Positions 29,522-43,117 of a stretch of 64,000 nucleotides of DNA are shown here, in pieces. Source of the DNA: Proteromonas lacertae (lineage: Eukaryota); contig NGBS01000875.1 of NCBI GenBank assembly GCA_002245135.1, forward strand, positions 1 to 64,000, read 5' to 3'. The stretch's first letter is position 1, and every line of letters begins with the position of its first letter. Both the position numbers and the translations under genes were made by a program. Under the pieces are notes generated by a model that saw only the letters and a list, made by a program, of their open reading frames with translations, was not told the origin of the DNA and did no database searches.

Positions 29522-32014
29522 TCATTTCAACAAAATACTCTTCAGCATCTCTTCTATGATCTTATTATCATCATTTTCTTCGTTACTGAAAATAGACTTC
29601 TCCAATTTACGTTTTTCTATAGCTTTCTTCTTAATCAACTCATCAACACTATCCTTGCAAACTAAATGATAAATAGTAACTGGCTTGTCTTGGCCAATTC
29701 TATGACAACGATCTTCTGCTTGTATATCAACTTGAGGGTTGAAATCAACATCGTGAAGAATCACAGTATCAGCACAAGTACAATTTATACCAATACCACA
29801 AGCTCTTGAAGATAAAAGTAAGACTTTTATTTCCGTGTCATTTTGATAAGTATCTATAATATTTTGTCTATCATCCACACCAACAGTTCCATCAATTCTT
29901 AAAAACTCTATTTTCAATATATTTAACAATAATTCTATTAAATCTAATATCTTTGTCCACTGACTAAAGATCAATATCTTATGACCATTTTTAATCAACT
30001 CTGGTAGTAATATTTTCAACTTCTGAAACTTTGCAGATTTCAATATCAAATCATCTTTAAATATATATCTAGACAACTCAGGTATAACATCTACATATTC
30101 TTTACATATTTCATATATCTCAAAATCCTGAACTCTTCAATAATTCAGGATAAACTTTATTATAATTACACTCATTTCCATAATAACCAGATTGATATAT
30201 CAATGGTGCTAATTTCTTACACATATTATCATCATACCAATTACGTAGTAATAATGGATGGTTAGATGTTTTACGAAGATCAACGAATAGATTAGAACCA
30301 TTCTTTATATCATTTCTATCTTTTGATTGTTTATAATTCTCTATTAGTTTATTATATAATAGAGATTGTCCTTCCAACATATCTAAATACAATATCTCCA
30401 GTGTTTTAGGTACTAGATCGTTTAATACTTCTTCTTTTAATCTCCTCAATATAAATGGACTAATGATTTGTTTTATTGTATTGACAGTTTCTTCATCTCT
30501 TTCACAACATAAATCACTTATCTCATCTCTTCTAATAATTGTTGGTGGTAATATAAAACATAATAAATTCAATAATTCTTCAAGCTTATTCTGAAATGGA
30601 GTACCAGTGAGTAATAGCTTATGTTCGACATTGATCTTACATAATCGATTATAACGTTGAGCATTAGCATTTCTTATAAAATGAGCTTCATCTAATATCA
30701 TATATTTATAATGGAATTTTCTTAAGTATTGTCTATCAATTGATCCTTGACTTTTTTCAAACATTGAATATGTGATTAATAAAACATCAAACGAATCACT
30801 TCGACTATATTTCAATCTAAATTCCTGTTTATCATCCACACTACCATGATATTTCAACACTCTAAACTCCTTAAACCATTTATTAAACTCTCTTTGCCAA
30901 TTTTCAAGTGTTGATGTTGGTACTACTACTAAATGAGGTCCTTTTGATATGTTCTACTTTATATAGATACTTTAATAATCCTATAGTCTGTATAGTTTTA
31001 CCTAATCCCATCTCATCTGCTAATACACTATTATAATTACGACAATAGAAGAGATATAACCAACTAACACCTATGATTTGATGATTTTTTAATTGATATG
31101 GTGAAAATAAATCGTTTAATTTAGACTATTATAGTAACATAATATTATATATATATATATATACTGTTTCAATTACACTAGTAAGATCTTTATTAACAAA
31201 TGATTTGATTTCATTACTTATCTTTTCACAACTGTTTAATACATCATCTAATGTTCTTGTTTCTTGATTTAGAATCATTTTCATCATCATCATTGTTTGA
31301 TTCTTGTTTGACTGTGATTGATCTTGATCCATTATTGTCATTGTCATCGCCATCATAGATAATAGAGTTTGGACTACGTTTGTGCTGTATTTTGGAATAA
31401 TAGTCGTTTGTATTATCATCATCTTCATCATCCTCAGATTCATCCAATATAATCTTCTTTCTTTTGATTGGTTCAGTTTTTAATACATTCTCTTCATCTG
31501 ATATTGACTTAACAGAAGAAGTAGAGGAAGAGAGTGATTTGGTTAACTGGAGACTGTGTAATTTAGAGTCTTGGTAGTAATTAGTCTTTAATGAGTAGAT
31601 TTGGAATTCTTTCTGTTGATTTCGGTATAAACTAATATAAGATCCGTCAAATATTTGGATTTTGTCTCCTTTCTTAATCTCAACAAATCCATCCCAAGGT
31701 TGGACTTTCACAAAAATTGGATTTATACCTCCACTTTCTACATAGATACTTCTATAATAATTAAATATAGCAAAATTGTTATACGTTGGATTGTTGATGT
31801 GAATAATTGCTTGTCTTCTACTACATAAACGACAATTTCATAATTAAAGAAAATAGAACATTTTAATACATAGAAAAAGGATATTCTATTCCAAAATCAT
31901 GACCTCTTCCTATTACATTCGATCCTACACAAATATATAACAAAATCACATACCTTCGTGAAGGTCATACGATTTGTTAGGAAAAAGTGAATGTGTAAGG
32001 GTGTATTTTATCAT
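29522..32014 (-). CDS. SNF2-family chromatin remodeller (SMARCAD1/Fun30/ETL1-like) with N-terminal FHA-like domain
   Basis: 'LADEMGLGKTIQ', 'GPHLVVVPTSTLENWQREF', 'MILDEAH', 'LLLTGTPFQN', 'LIFSQWT', 'QAEDRCHRIGQ'. 'LRKTSNHPLLLRNWY' and 'SDFEI' resemble the Etl1 subfamily. N-terminus 'LHEGSNVIGRG'. Three +1 shifts. Confidence 0.88.
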
Positions 32015-32130
32015 TTAAATAAGTATTAGGTTATAAAATAGGATTGGTATGTTGAAAAAAAGGAAATGAAAGAGAAAAGTGATTTGGCTCGTCTTCTACC
32101 AAACTTAAATTTAAAAATAAATATAAAGAT

Positions 32131-32260
32131 GATTTATGGCGGCTTGTATTTTTCTGGTTCTGTTGCGAAGTATACACCTAAGCATGGAATATGCCAACTT
32201 TTTATTTACTAATTCACAGTAATAGAGTAAATAACTGTAAGTATATTAACGTCATCCTTT
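32131..32260 (-). ncRNA. Candidate U17/snR30-like H/ACA RNA
   Basis: Minus strand carries ATATTCCA (m1-like), a short hairpin, then GAACCA (m2-like). TATTCCATGCT is antisense to the conserved 18S AGCATGGAATA. The lower stem is poorly supported. Confidence 0.25.
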
Positions 32261-32399
32261 ATTTTACCTAAATTTTGATGAAGAGATGTGATTCACTCTT
32301 AACTCATTAATATATAGAGTATATATATTGATTTTCACATTTCTAAGTCAATCTCTGCATAAACACAAAAAAATGATGAACAAATAAGTAAATAACTAT

Positions 32400-33123
32400 C
32401 TATAAAGTGTAACTAATACCTAATAACCACAATATTAACCTATTGAAAAATTGTTTTGAATAATCACATTTTTGTATATCAAAAAACACAGTATCACAAC
32501 AGTCTTTTATCAATGTGTTTATTCTGGATTCTGTATTTGGATTTATTTTCTCACATTTTGTTAGTAGAATTAATAATCTTGAAATCTTTGAATATTGACT
32601 GATCTTTCTTGATATGTCTTTAAGTTTATCGCATGCAAGAGACAATCTAAGTGTATCTGTCACATCAATAAAGAATATTACATCATTAATTGAATCATTG
32701 AACAAATTATCCCACTGATCTCTAAAATTAACATTACCAGGAGGGTCTATTATAGTCACTGTATTTTTAGCATAACAAATTTTAGTTTTTGATACATTGG
32801 TTGTCTCAGGCGGTATAACAATTCGTATATCTTCACTATTCACAACATTTGATGAATTTTTATCATCAGAAGATTTGTTAGCACTAATACTATTCACTGG
32901 AATAACTTCATTGTTTTTCTTACTCTTTCTATTGAAGAAATTCTTCATTGTTAATGTTAGTGTGGTTTTTCCTGATGAATCCAATCCCAAAAACAATCTG
33001 TACACATAATAAATATCATTTATACACATATTTATCTTCTTTTGTTGAACCTAACCATTTCAACACATTTTCATCCATTTCTTCATTCATTACTCTTTCT
33101 TCTTCGGAAATACATGATCCCAT
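32400..33123 (-). CDS. Divergent ARF-like small GTPase
   Basis: 'MGSCIS' start, G1 'LFLGLDSSGKTT', G3 'IIDPPG', 'VIFFIDVTD', G4-like 'TKCE'. One intron (~33000-33027). Confidence 0.8.
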
Positions 33124-33296
33124 ACTTCAATTTTACACTTTTATAAATTAAAACGAAAATTTCAAATTCAAAAATATGGCCGTTTCAAAAAGTATATCAC
33201 GTCAAATTTTTTGTTTCAAAATACTTTTGTATTGAATTTGTTATTAAACATATTTCAAATTTGGATTTGTTGTGGTATTTTTCTAATTTTCAAATC

Positions 33297-33745
33297 ATGG
33301 CAGAAGTAGGTCAACAATTAGTTGCTCAATATTATCAACAATTCGATAACAAAGCTACCAGAGGGAATTTAGCTCAAATTTTTGTATTAATACTTCTTTA
33401 ATGTATAATAGCATCCAAATGGTACCTTTTCATTTGATGGTGTTGTTGAACAAACACAAGTCAAAATTATTGAAAAATTGAATGTATACTTGCTTTCATT
33501 ACTTTCTTTTTACTAGTCATTACCAGAAATACACCATGTAAATTACAATGTGGATGTTCAACCATCTAAAGAAAATACAGACTTGGTATGTGTTGTTGTT
33601 GGTCAATTAACAGTATATTTTGTTATTCTAAGATATTTAGATTGATGATAATCCTCCATTGTACTTCACTGAAACATTTCACTTCTTAGCTGCCAATGGT
33701 TCATATGTTATATATAATGACATATTTAGATTGGTTTATGGTTAA
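33297..33745 (+). CDS. NTF2: Nuclear transport factor 2
   Basis: Spliced over three introns: 'MAEVGQQLVAQYYQQFD...IIEKLNSLP...VDVQP...VVGQLTIDDNPPLYFTETFHF...YVIYNDIFRLVYG'. Not in the ORF track. Confidence 0.9.
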
Positions 33746-33866
33746 ATTTTCTTTCTATTTTTTTTTGTTATTGTTGTGTTTGTGATGATGTGCATGTATA
33801 TTAATACTACATTATCATATACATTCGAAATATCAAAATTCTTCAAATTTCTTTCAATTTCATTTT

Positions 33867-36729
33867 ATGGACAACTATGTTGTAGACAGTGCTATTTCTT
33901 TTGAAATACCTTCAGAAGTACTGCATATCGTTGTACATACACAATTCATAGCTTGTGTTATCCGTTCTTCACCTAATAACATCGCTATTTGGGAGATAGA
34001 GAAATTGGAAGAAAGATCAGTATTTTTATAGACCAACATGTTATATAGGATCCATCTACCATATTGTCTGGTCATGAACATGACATTCAAGTAATTTGCT
34101 TTAATCAAGAAGCAAACTACGAATCCATTTATGTGTTCTGTTTCTAGTGATCGGTATTAAATATAAATTTAATAGCATAGTGTTATGTTGTGGTGTATTA
34201 AAGAAGCTCTTTATAATCCAAGAAGTGCATGTAGATATATTGACGGTAATATAAATGGAAGATGTTATTTCTCTTCATTTTGCTTAGATGATGATTATAT
34301 CGCTTTATGTGTTGAAAAGTATAAATTATACTATTCAATTCCATATTCTATAGTGATATACAACTAATAAATTCTGTGGCATGTAAAAGTGAAGTTATAC
34401 TTTCGTGGTCATGATAATCTAGTAACACAATGTCATTATTTAAAATCAGAAAGAAAGTTAGTATCAATAAGTGATGATAAAACATTCATAGTATATATAT
34501 ATATTATTTTATAGTATATATATTCTTTATAGTTATGGGATTTAGATGAAAGAAGGATGTGTTATCAATCCAAAATATTTGTAAATTCAATTAGAAAATG
34601 TGAAATATCATCTACATCAGGTAAACTATTTCTATGTATAATAATTATTATGATGTTTATTATTATATGAATAGTAACAGGAGATAATATGATATTAAGC
34701 TATTCAATAGATACAAAAGGAGAATGTGTAGAAAGTAATTCAATATCAATATCATCGATGATTAATGAATATTTAGGATGATTTAAAAAGAGAAAATGAA
34801 GAAAAGTATATGGAATATAGACCAATTGTAGTGACAAAAGCTGGAATAAAAGTAGAATGCAAAACAAATGAAGTTAATGATTATAATTATAATGATAAAT
34901 CCTTAATTGTCATTGATATGAAATATGTAGATGGCGCTTATAACTCTTTAGGAACTCCATTAAAAACAGCATTGAGATTAAAAAATAATAAAAAAGATGG
35001 TTATATTGAAGGTTATAATAAGAAGGATAATGAAGATAAACATCCACCAGTAATTATAATATTAACTACTGAATCTATTATATTAATCAGTCCTTTGAAT
35101 TATTTGAAAAAAATAATAATGTTGAGAGATATTATATATAATTATCCATTTATTGATATAAGGAATATATATACAATGGATTGTTATGGTTATGAGAATA
35201 TTAACGTTGTGTTTGATAGTAATGTGAAAGTTAATATATTACAGTTGAAAATAGGTGAAGATGAAGATTATTTAACGTATATATATATTATTATTATTTA
35301 TTTATTTATAATAGTTCAAATCTAACAATTATGCCTACTCATCCACCACCACCTCATTCTGTATTATTTTCCACATTTAAACCAAAAGCAACACCACCAC
35401 CATCAACTATTAAATCATCATCCAAATCAAAAGTAGTAATGAATCAACCAGTTGTATTCCATCGTAATATTCGATCCAGTGGTTATACAGAAAAACCTTG
35501 GATGCCTCCTTCAAAGAAAACAAATAAAAACAAAAACAAAAATCCATTATTAGATGAAAAAGAATATCCAAGTGATTGTGGATTATTAGATAAAATGCAA
35601 ACGAAAAATTACTTCCCAGAGTTATGTCATAATGGTCCAATAATGTGTTGTAGATATAGTAACAATGGCAATTATATATTAACCACAAGTAGTGATAAAA
35701 CAGGTAGAAGTTGGGAATTACCACTTAGTACTCACAAAGGAAAAGGAATTGTATTTCAAGGACATAATAATGTAGTTAATGAAATATGTAGTAGTTGGAA
35801 TATGAAAGAAAAGCCATATTATTTAACATGTAGTGATGATAATAGTGCTTGTTTATGGTATAAAGATAAACCTGATCCTCTAATAAGATTTGAATATATG
35901 AATAAGAATATTCCAAGAAGTAAAAAGAGTGAAACTACAAAACCAAATTTGGTTGATAATCCTATGTTTAAATCACCAGTATATTTATTTATTCTTATAT
36001 TCTGAATAGATTAAAAACTGTTCATTCTATTATCAAGATGATTTTATTGTTTTAACACACAAGAATCAACTGTTATTATACAATTATTATATTGAATCGT
36101 TAAACCCCAAATTAGATGATATAGATAAAACTCATGCACAGAATCAATATAGACTAGTAAAATCATTTAGTCATTCCAGTAATAATATAATATCGATGAG
36201 TTTAATAAATGGATTTTTAAGTCATTTGATATTGACAGTTGGTTCAGCTAAAGATCTTTGTGTTTGGGATATTTCCACTGGAAAATTGCTAATAGAAAAA
36301 ACTAATATTCATGAAAGATTAGTTCATCATATTAGATTACCTTCTATTTCACAGTATTGTAGTATTACACCTGATTCGTTAAACACATTTGCTACATCTG
36401 CGTTAGATGGTAAAATCAAATTATGGGATTTAAGAACAATGAATAGCATCTTGTGTTTAAGTGGTCATATGAATAATAGCGCTTCAGTTGGTCTAAATTT
36501 CAGCCCATGTATGAGATATATAGCAACTGGTTCTGAAAATAATGTATTTTATATATATATTTGTATTTTATAGAGTGGTTATATTTATGACCTTAGAACA
36601 GGTAAAATAATGAGTCAGTTATTAGGAAGTAGTGATACAGTGAGTGATGTTTGTTGGAATCCTGTGAAACCTCAATTATGTACAAGTAGTTATGATGGTC
36701 ATGTTAGATTCTATACTGAAAATGGTTAA
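33867..36729 (+). CDS. WDR27: WD40-repeat protein, WDR27-like
   Basis: Two WD clusters flanking 'PVVFHRNIRSSGYTEKP'; 'SLINGFLSHLILTVGS', 'FATSALDGKIKLWDLR', 'FSPCMRYIATGSEN'. Confidence 0.75.
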
Positions 36730-37022
36730 ATAATTTGTTTATTTTATTTTGTGTATTATTTGGTGAAATAGAGAGAGTATTTTATGTTTAAATCTATATT
36801 ACTAAAAACTAGAAAATTCATAATATCTATAACCACAATATAAATTTAGTTCCTATAACTCTATCTATCAATAAACCTTTACTTCCATTAAAATCAACAT
36901 AGATACGTATGCATCATAAGGTAATGATGAACAAATTATGTTATCTACAAACGATTCTAATCAGAGCATTTCTAAAATAAAAATAATTATTTCAAGTTAA
37001 GTTTGGCTTGATCAAAATAGAT

Positions 37023-37674
37023 ATGGAAGATGATTATTATCTCAGGTTAGAGCCATTCTCTGTATTGTTATTACTTATAATTTATAAGATGTTATATGAA
37101 CAATTAGTAAATGCCGTTAAAACAACAATTCCTTGGGTTGTATCAGGTATTTTGTTAGGTGTTGTAATAATGATAATTGTTTCAAAGTATATTAATAATA
37201 TATATTGTGCTCAATCAGATTACCATTTGAAATTGATAGTATACCAGAAAACATAGGTATATTCGTAAAGCTCTATGTTTTTATAGAAAATAGTGATATT
37301 TATGAAGAAATAAATAAGAATGCAAAATAGTGAGGAAGTAGTAAACAAAGAAATGAGTATAAATGAATCAATAAAGAGTAGTATACCCTTAGATGAACAA
37401 AGAAAACTGAAAAAATTGTTAAAGTATAAAAATAAAAAAATATTATTATATTAATCATAGAAAAGCAGGTGTGAGAAAGGCAGTTAATACAAATCAAAGT
37501 TTTGATAATAGTTTTCATATGTTTAGTAAAGCTGATATGGTAGTAATAACAATTTTATTGTCAGTTTTGGTTGGAGTGATTTACAAAGATTATGGAATAA
37601 GTCCATTTTCTAAAATCATCTCATTCTTTTCAAGAGAATTAGAGATTGTAAGTAGAATCTTAAAGGGAAGATAG
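37023..37674 (+). CDS. Small hypothetical membrane protein
   Basis: Multi-exon, with two hydrophobic segments (IPWVVSGILLGVVIMIIV; MVVITILLSVLVGVIY). One +1 shift near 37325. Confidence 0.5.
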
Positions 37675-37776
37675 AAATATTATATATAATTTATTGTTCT
37701 GTTTTGTACTTTGTGTTAAGTGATTAAGTATGATAGGTCAAAAGAAACTCAAACATTGTTTGTTCAAAACAATTAC

Positions 37777-38666
37777 ATGAAATCTATTTTGAATATTTTA
37801 TTAATCATATTATTTGTCAAAACAGAATACATATGGGAACCAAATGAAATGACTCTAAAGTCTATAAAATCCTTACCTATAAATCCACCAGATGAAGGAA
37901 TTGGTATGTTGAAGAATATTATTAGATTACTTTATGAATATGACTCAGAATCTAGAAATTATCCTGTATTGATAGATATTGGAGCTAATGTAGGTAAAAT
38001 CACTAAAGAGATGGCAGACATATATTTTAATTCTAAAATATATTCATTTGAGCCATTTAAACTAAGTCTAGATGTATTATATATGAAATGTGTTAATAAT
38101 CCAAACGTTGAAATTGTAGATCAAGCTGTAAGTAATATAACAACAACAAATCAGCCTTTTTACTCACTACCAACTTGGAATATTCCAATGAACACAATAT
38201 CTTCTTTATCAAGTTATTTAAAAGGATCTTCTATTATAGATTATGCTAATACCACTACATTATCTCATTTTATGGATATAAATAGTATATATTATTCATT
38301 TATTTTATTATAAAAATAGATATCTCGAAAATATTCTTCCTGAAAATAGATGCAGAAGGTTATGATGGTATTATATTGAATAACAGTATGAAATTGTTTT
38401 ATGAACATAAAGTAAAGTATTTGTATTTCGAATACATTGATATATGGAAAAGTGTAGATGAAAATTTGAAATTACATCATATTGTCATACCGTTGTTATT
38501 AGCAGGATATAATGTATATTTCGACTATAATGGTCATTTTGTTCCTATGAAAAATGAAATAATGAACTATAAAATGAATGGAATTGTGAATGTTTTAGCT
38601 ATATTGAAAGGACAGAAGTTTGAAAGGAATATGATGAAAAGGCTATGTCCATTATGCGGTTATTAA
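37777..38666 (+). CDS. FkbM-family (Methyltransf_21) SAM-dependent methyltransferase with N-terminal signal/anchor
   Basis: 'LIDIGANVG', 'IYSFEP', 'FLKIDAEGYD', 'YLYFEY'. One intron (~38285-38320). Confidence 0.85.
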
Positions 38667-38741
38667 TATATATCCAATGTAAAATCAGTAATTATAAAAA
38701 CAACTATAAAGTGAAATTATAATTCTTTTTATTCTTCTTCT

Positions 38742-41700
38742 TCAACAAATACTACCTATTGCTTCATATACTTCCGCCATTGTCATTTCGTTGTTTATCT
38801 TCTCAACTGTAGTTGATTTTTCATTATAATAAAAGAAAACTTCTTTAACCAATTTTGATATTTGTCTTGTTTCATCATTTGATAAATGAATAGATTCTAT
38901 TTCATTGAACAGTTTATTCTCGTTTATTAATTCATCCCATATAGCTATCATTCTCTTTGATGCAGTTAACAACATTACACATTCATCATAATCATAAGTC
39001 AGTAACTTACTACTTAATAATTTAATAATAGCAATAGTAACTTTAATCAAATAATGAAAACCAAAAATAACGAAATTATCCATTATTCTACTACAAATAT
39101 TCACTGGTAAACACTGCATAAATATCGATTGTAACCAATTGTATAAAAACACTTCACATTTCAAATTCAACTTCTCAAAATAGACTGAAACATTTTTCAA
39201 GTGATTATTTAATATTTTCTCAAATACTTCATAATATTCACTAATCAATTCCATTTTTAAAGAATAAAAGGCATGGAAATGTTCACTTGCAAAGATATTT
39301 GCTAAACATTGAAATACAATATAGTTAGATGGAATATGCAACGTTAAAAGTGCAGCAACATAACTCATTCCTTGTACATAACCAATATCAGCTCTAAAAC
39401 AACTATAAGCTTCTAGAACTTCCTTTGTTCTTTCATGTAAAGGTTCATTCTCATGGAATAATTCTAACGAATTAAAAGTACGATTTAAATCACTTATGAT
39501 TAGTTTTATTGAGTCTTGTTTATCTATTTTATTCATATTATCATCATCTTCATCATTATCATCATTAATATCTAATAAACCATTATTGTTGTTACAAATA
39601 TCATTCTCTTTTTCTTCCTCTTCAAATGTATGTAATAGGAAATTCCTTTCACTTAATTTCAAATATAATGCATAAGTATCAGGTGTTATTTTCAAATTAT
39701 TTCCGATTGCTTTTGGCCATAATACTCTTCTTATCATCTCTGGAACACCGCCATCAATCAGCCAATCATATAACACTCCATTCTTCTTTTGAATTAGCCA
39801 CTTTGGACTAATTTCATTATACCATATTCTTGTATTTCTATTTCTCTTTAATGTCTTTGACAATAAGAACTTCCTGTATGTTTTTAATTCATTATTTAAA
39901 CCATTAAATTCCCATTCTTTTAAATTGGTACTATCACTATTAATAGTCACAATTATTGAATAATAATTATTTGTATAAATATTAATCACTTTCTCATTGC
40001 AATTCCAATTGTCTAATAAAGTAGGCAATGAGTAGATATTGTTATTATTATTCATTCCTAAACAATTGTTACTATTATAACCCCATACATATATATTATT
40101 CTTTACTGTTGTAACTATACAATGATTGCTTCTATTACATTCAATATTATTGATTAAATCATTACTACTATTGTTTAATAATAACACTTCTTGTGGTTTA
40201 TAAGCATATATTTTACATCTTCCTATTCCTAATTCACCATATTCACAAGATCCCCAAGAATATAACTTATTATCATTTGTTAATACTAAAGTGTGATTAG
40301 CACCACATGATATTTGAACTACTTTACCAGGTATATTATACACTCTATTCAACTTCAATAAATAATTAGGATTATTATCTTTAAAATCAGGTTTTATTCC
40401 GCATTGTCCTTCATTATTTAAACCACAACTATAAACAACCCCTTCCATATCAAAAAACATAGTAAAATAATTACCACAAGAAAATGATGAGATATTACTA
40501 TTATTAAACTTCTCTGGTAGAATTAATTTCATTGGTTCATATCTATTGATTGTATCTCCTAAACCCAATTGTCCACAGTTATTTCTACCCCAAACATATA
40601 TATCATTATGAATAGATTTAACAACATTAAAATCTTTACCACACTTTATGAATATTATTTGAGTATTTAATAATAAAGTTACAAGTTGAGGAGTGCTATT
40701 ATAACAGTTTAATTTATCACCTAAACCAAGTTGACCATATTTATTACTACCCCATGAGTATACTTCACCGGTTGTAGTTAAAACAAGAGAATGATTATCT
40801 CCGCAAGATAATCGACAGATTGAAATATTATTTAAAGAATGTTCTAATAGAAAGAATGAAGAAATAACAGGTTCATCTCGATCTTGATCATCTTGTTCAG
40901 AAAATAAACTATTATGTTGTGGTTGTGGTTGCTGTTTCTGCTGATCATTATTACTATCTTCGATTATATTATGATAAGAGAATATATCTCCTTTATCTGT
41001 AAGGAAATAAATATGATCTTTCTCGCTCTGAACTGTTACAACGTTTCTACTGGTTGGAAATGTAAATTTCTGGAATATTCCTTTGTTTTTCAAATAAATA
41101 CTGTATTTTCTATTTCTATTTTTATTATTACTGCTGTTATTGTTATTATGATTGAATAATAGGTAATTACTACAATAGGTTGAAGTTAATTTCTTTGTCT
41201 TCTCTTTTTCCCATATAAAATGTAAAGTATCACTAAATCTCATACTTCTACAAGTATTACTGGCATTTGTCTTTTTATTAGTTAAATTCGATATATCAAT
41301 TGGATTGATTTTTAAACTCAAATGTGCTGATGATGAATTCACATATTTTCTTTCTTCAATTCTATTAATCACATCATACACCTTCATTCCCATCACTACA
41401 CTTTCTTGTTGTTTATATTTGATTATATTTATGGGTGTTTTTGGCTTTTCTGGTTCTGTAATTACATTATTAATATAATCTGATGATAAAGACGAATGTC
41501 TTCTACTATTACAGTTATTGGTAATATATTTTAAAAATGTTTTAGTTGATTTTTGCATCATTTCTGAGGTTATTGTTTGAAATGATTGAAATAAATAGGG
41601 AAGGAGAAATGATCTTTTGATTTCATAATTAGTTATATTTTCTATTAAATCTGATTCTATTATACTGATATGCTTTTTTATATTATTGATAGTTTTATTC

Positions 41701-42362
41701 AATCTATTATTATTATTATATAATTTCTGTTTATATATACGTTGGACTATCATCTTTACTTCTTCTCAATTCATCAACTTTTTGGACTTTAAATCTCAAC
41801 AAACTTTCTCTTTCGTCAATTAATCTTTCGTTTGGTATTATAAATGATTTATTGACATTATCTAATTCATTTAATATTGATTTTTCAAATTCATTCTAAC
41901 AATAACATAAAAACATATACTTTAAAACTGATCCATATTTCATTGAGTAATTTCTCATAGTATTCATTGAGTTCATCAACATGCAATTGCATTGCTGGTG
42001 AAATTTCAGAATCAATCTTATCAATCTGTGCTGAAAAGCAATGAATAGTTGTTCCTACCATTTTAACCCATTCATATGTTCGATTGAGATATAACTTCAT
42101 CACTTCTTCTAGATTGTATAAATCACTACTTAAACCGAAGAATATTCCTTTTAGATTAGACGCATTTAGAGGCTCTGCTTTAGAATTATCCTTTAAAAAA
42201 TATACAAAAACAAAATATACAGATTTGTAATATTTTAATCCTTCTAAAATATCATCTAAGTAATCATCCTTAATTACCTTCGATAATGCAGAAGATATCC
42301 ATCCACAATCTGCGAAATATATTTTTAATAATACCAGAATCAGAACCTATCCCTTCATTCAT
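38742..42362 (-). CDS. RCC1-repeat plus TBC (Rab-GAP) protein with N-terminal helical/BAR-like region
   Basis: RCC1 repeats 'SCGDNHSLVLTTTGEVYSWGSNKYGQLGLG'. TBC motifs 'GVPEMIRRVLWPKAIGNNL', 'IISDLNRTF', 'GYVQGMSYVAA'. Upstream exons join through GT-AG introns. Confidence 0.88.
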
Positions 42363-42415
42363 AATTATTTCTTAATACAAACCAGAATTGTATTATTGTG
42401 TATTTAAGTGTATTT

Positions 42416-43084
42416 ATGTCAGAAAACAGAAACTATTTATGTTCAAAATGTAAATCATTGTGTATTACGTATATCTAAATATGTATAATCATATCAGATT
42501 GAAAGAAGGGAAAAAAGGTGAGAAGATTCCCTTGTAGACCACAGGATGGAAGTAAGATAATACCTCTTAAATATATATTAACTAATCAGTTAATTCAAGG
42601 AGGTTGTCAACTAATTCATACACAACAAGGCATTCAAAGACATTTTACTTATGTATGTGAGAGTTGCAAACAAGACATTGCTTACCAATCGGTGCCATTT
42701 GATATGTATGTTATTATGCATTAATTCATATATAGAATTCCAGATGTATTGTTTTTTGAAATAGGAAGTATTATATCAGATAGATTATTCCTTCAACCTG
42801 TGATAATATCTTTTTAAAAACATCAATTGATATAATTAAACTCTTATACTTTTCTTAATTACAATATTTAAATAAAAAAGAATAGTGGTGAGATATTAAA
42901 AATACCAAGATGTATAAAATGTGGAGGATGGGGAATAGATTTAATAAAGCCAAACATGAATATGTGTAATCACTGTCGTGAAAAACAAATCAATGATATT
43001 ACTTCAAAAGAACCAATAAAACGAAAGCAAAGTAGTGCATCTTCATCTTCAAGCAAATCTACTTCCAAAAAACTAAATCGTTAG
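42416..43084 (+). CDS. STEEP1/CXorf56 (UPF0428)-like zinc-binding protein with an extra C-terminal CxxC pair
   Basis: 'YLCSKCKSLC', 'FPCRPQDGSKII', 'GIQRHFTYVCESCKQDIAYQS'. Last exon 'RCIKCGGWG...MCNHC' is reached through an AT-AA intron. Confidence 0.65.
42806..42871 (+). other. U12-type intron, AT-AA, 66 nt
   Basis: 5' ATATCTTTT, branch-like TTTCTTAAT at 42851-42859. Removal joins 'QPVI' to 'IKKNSGEILKIPRC' and removes in-frame stops. Confidence 0.65.
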
Positions 43085-43117
43085 TAAATTATAGTTAAAA
43101 ATTTATATTTTTGTTTG

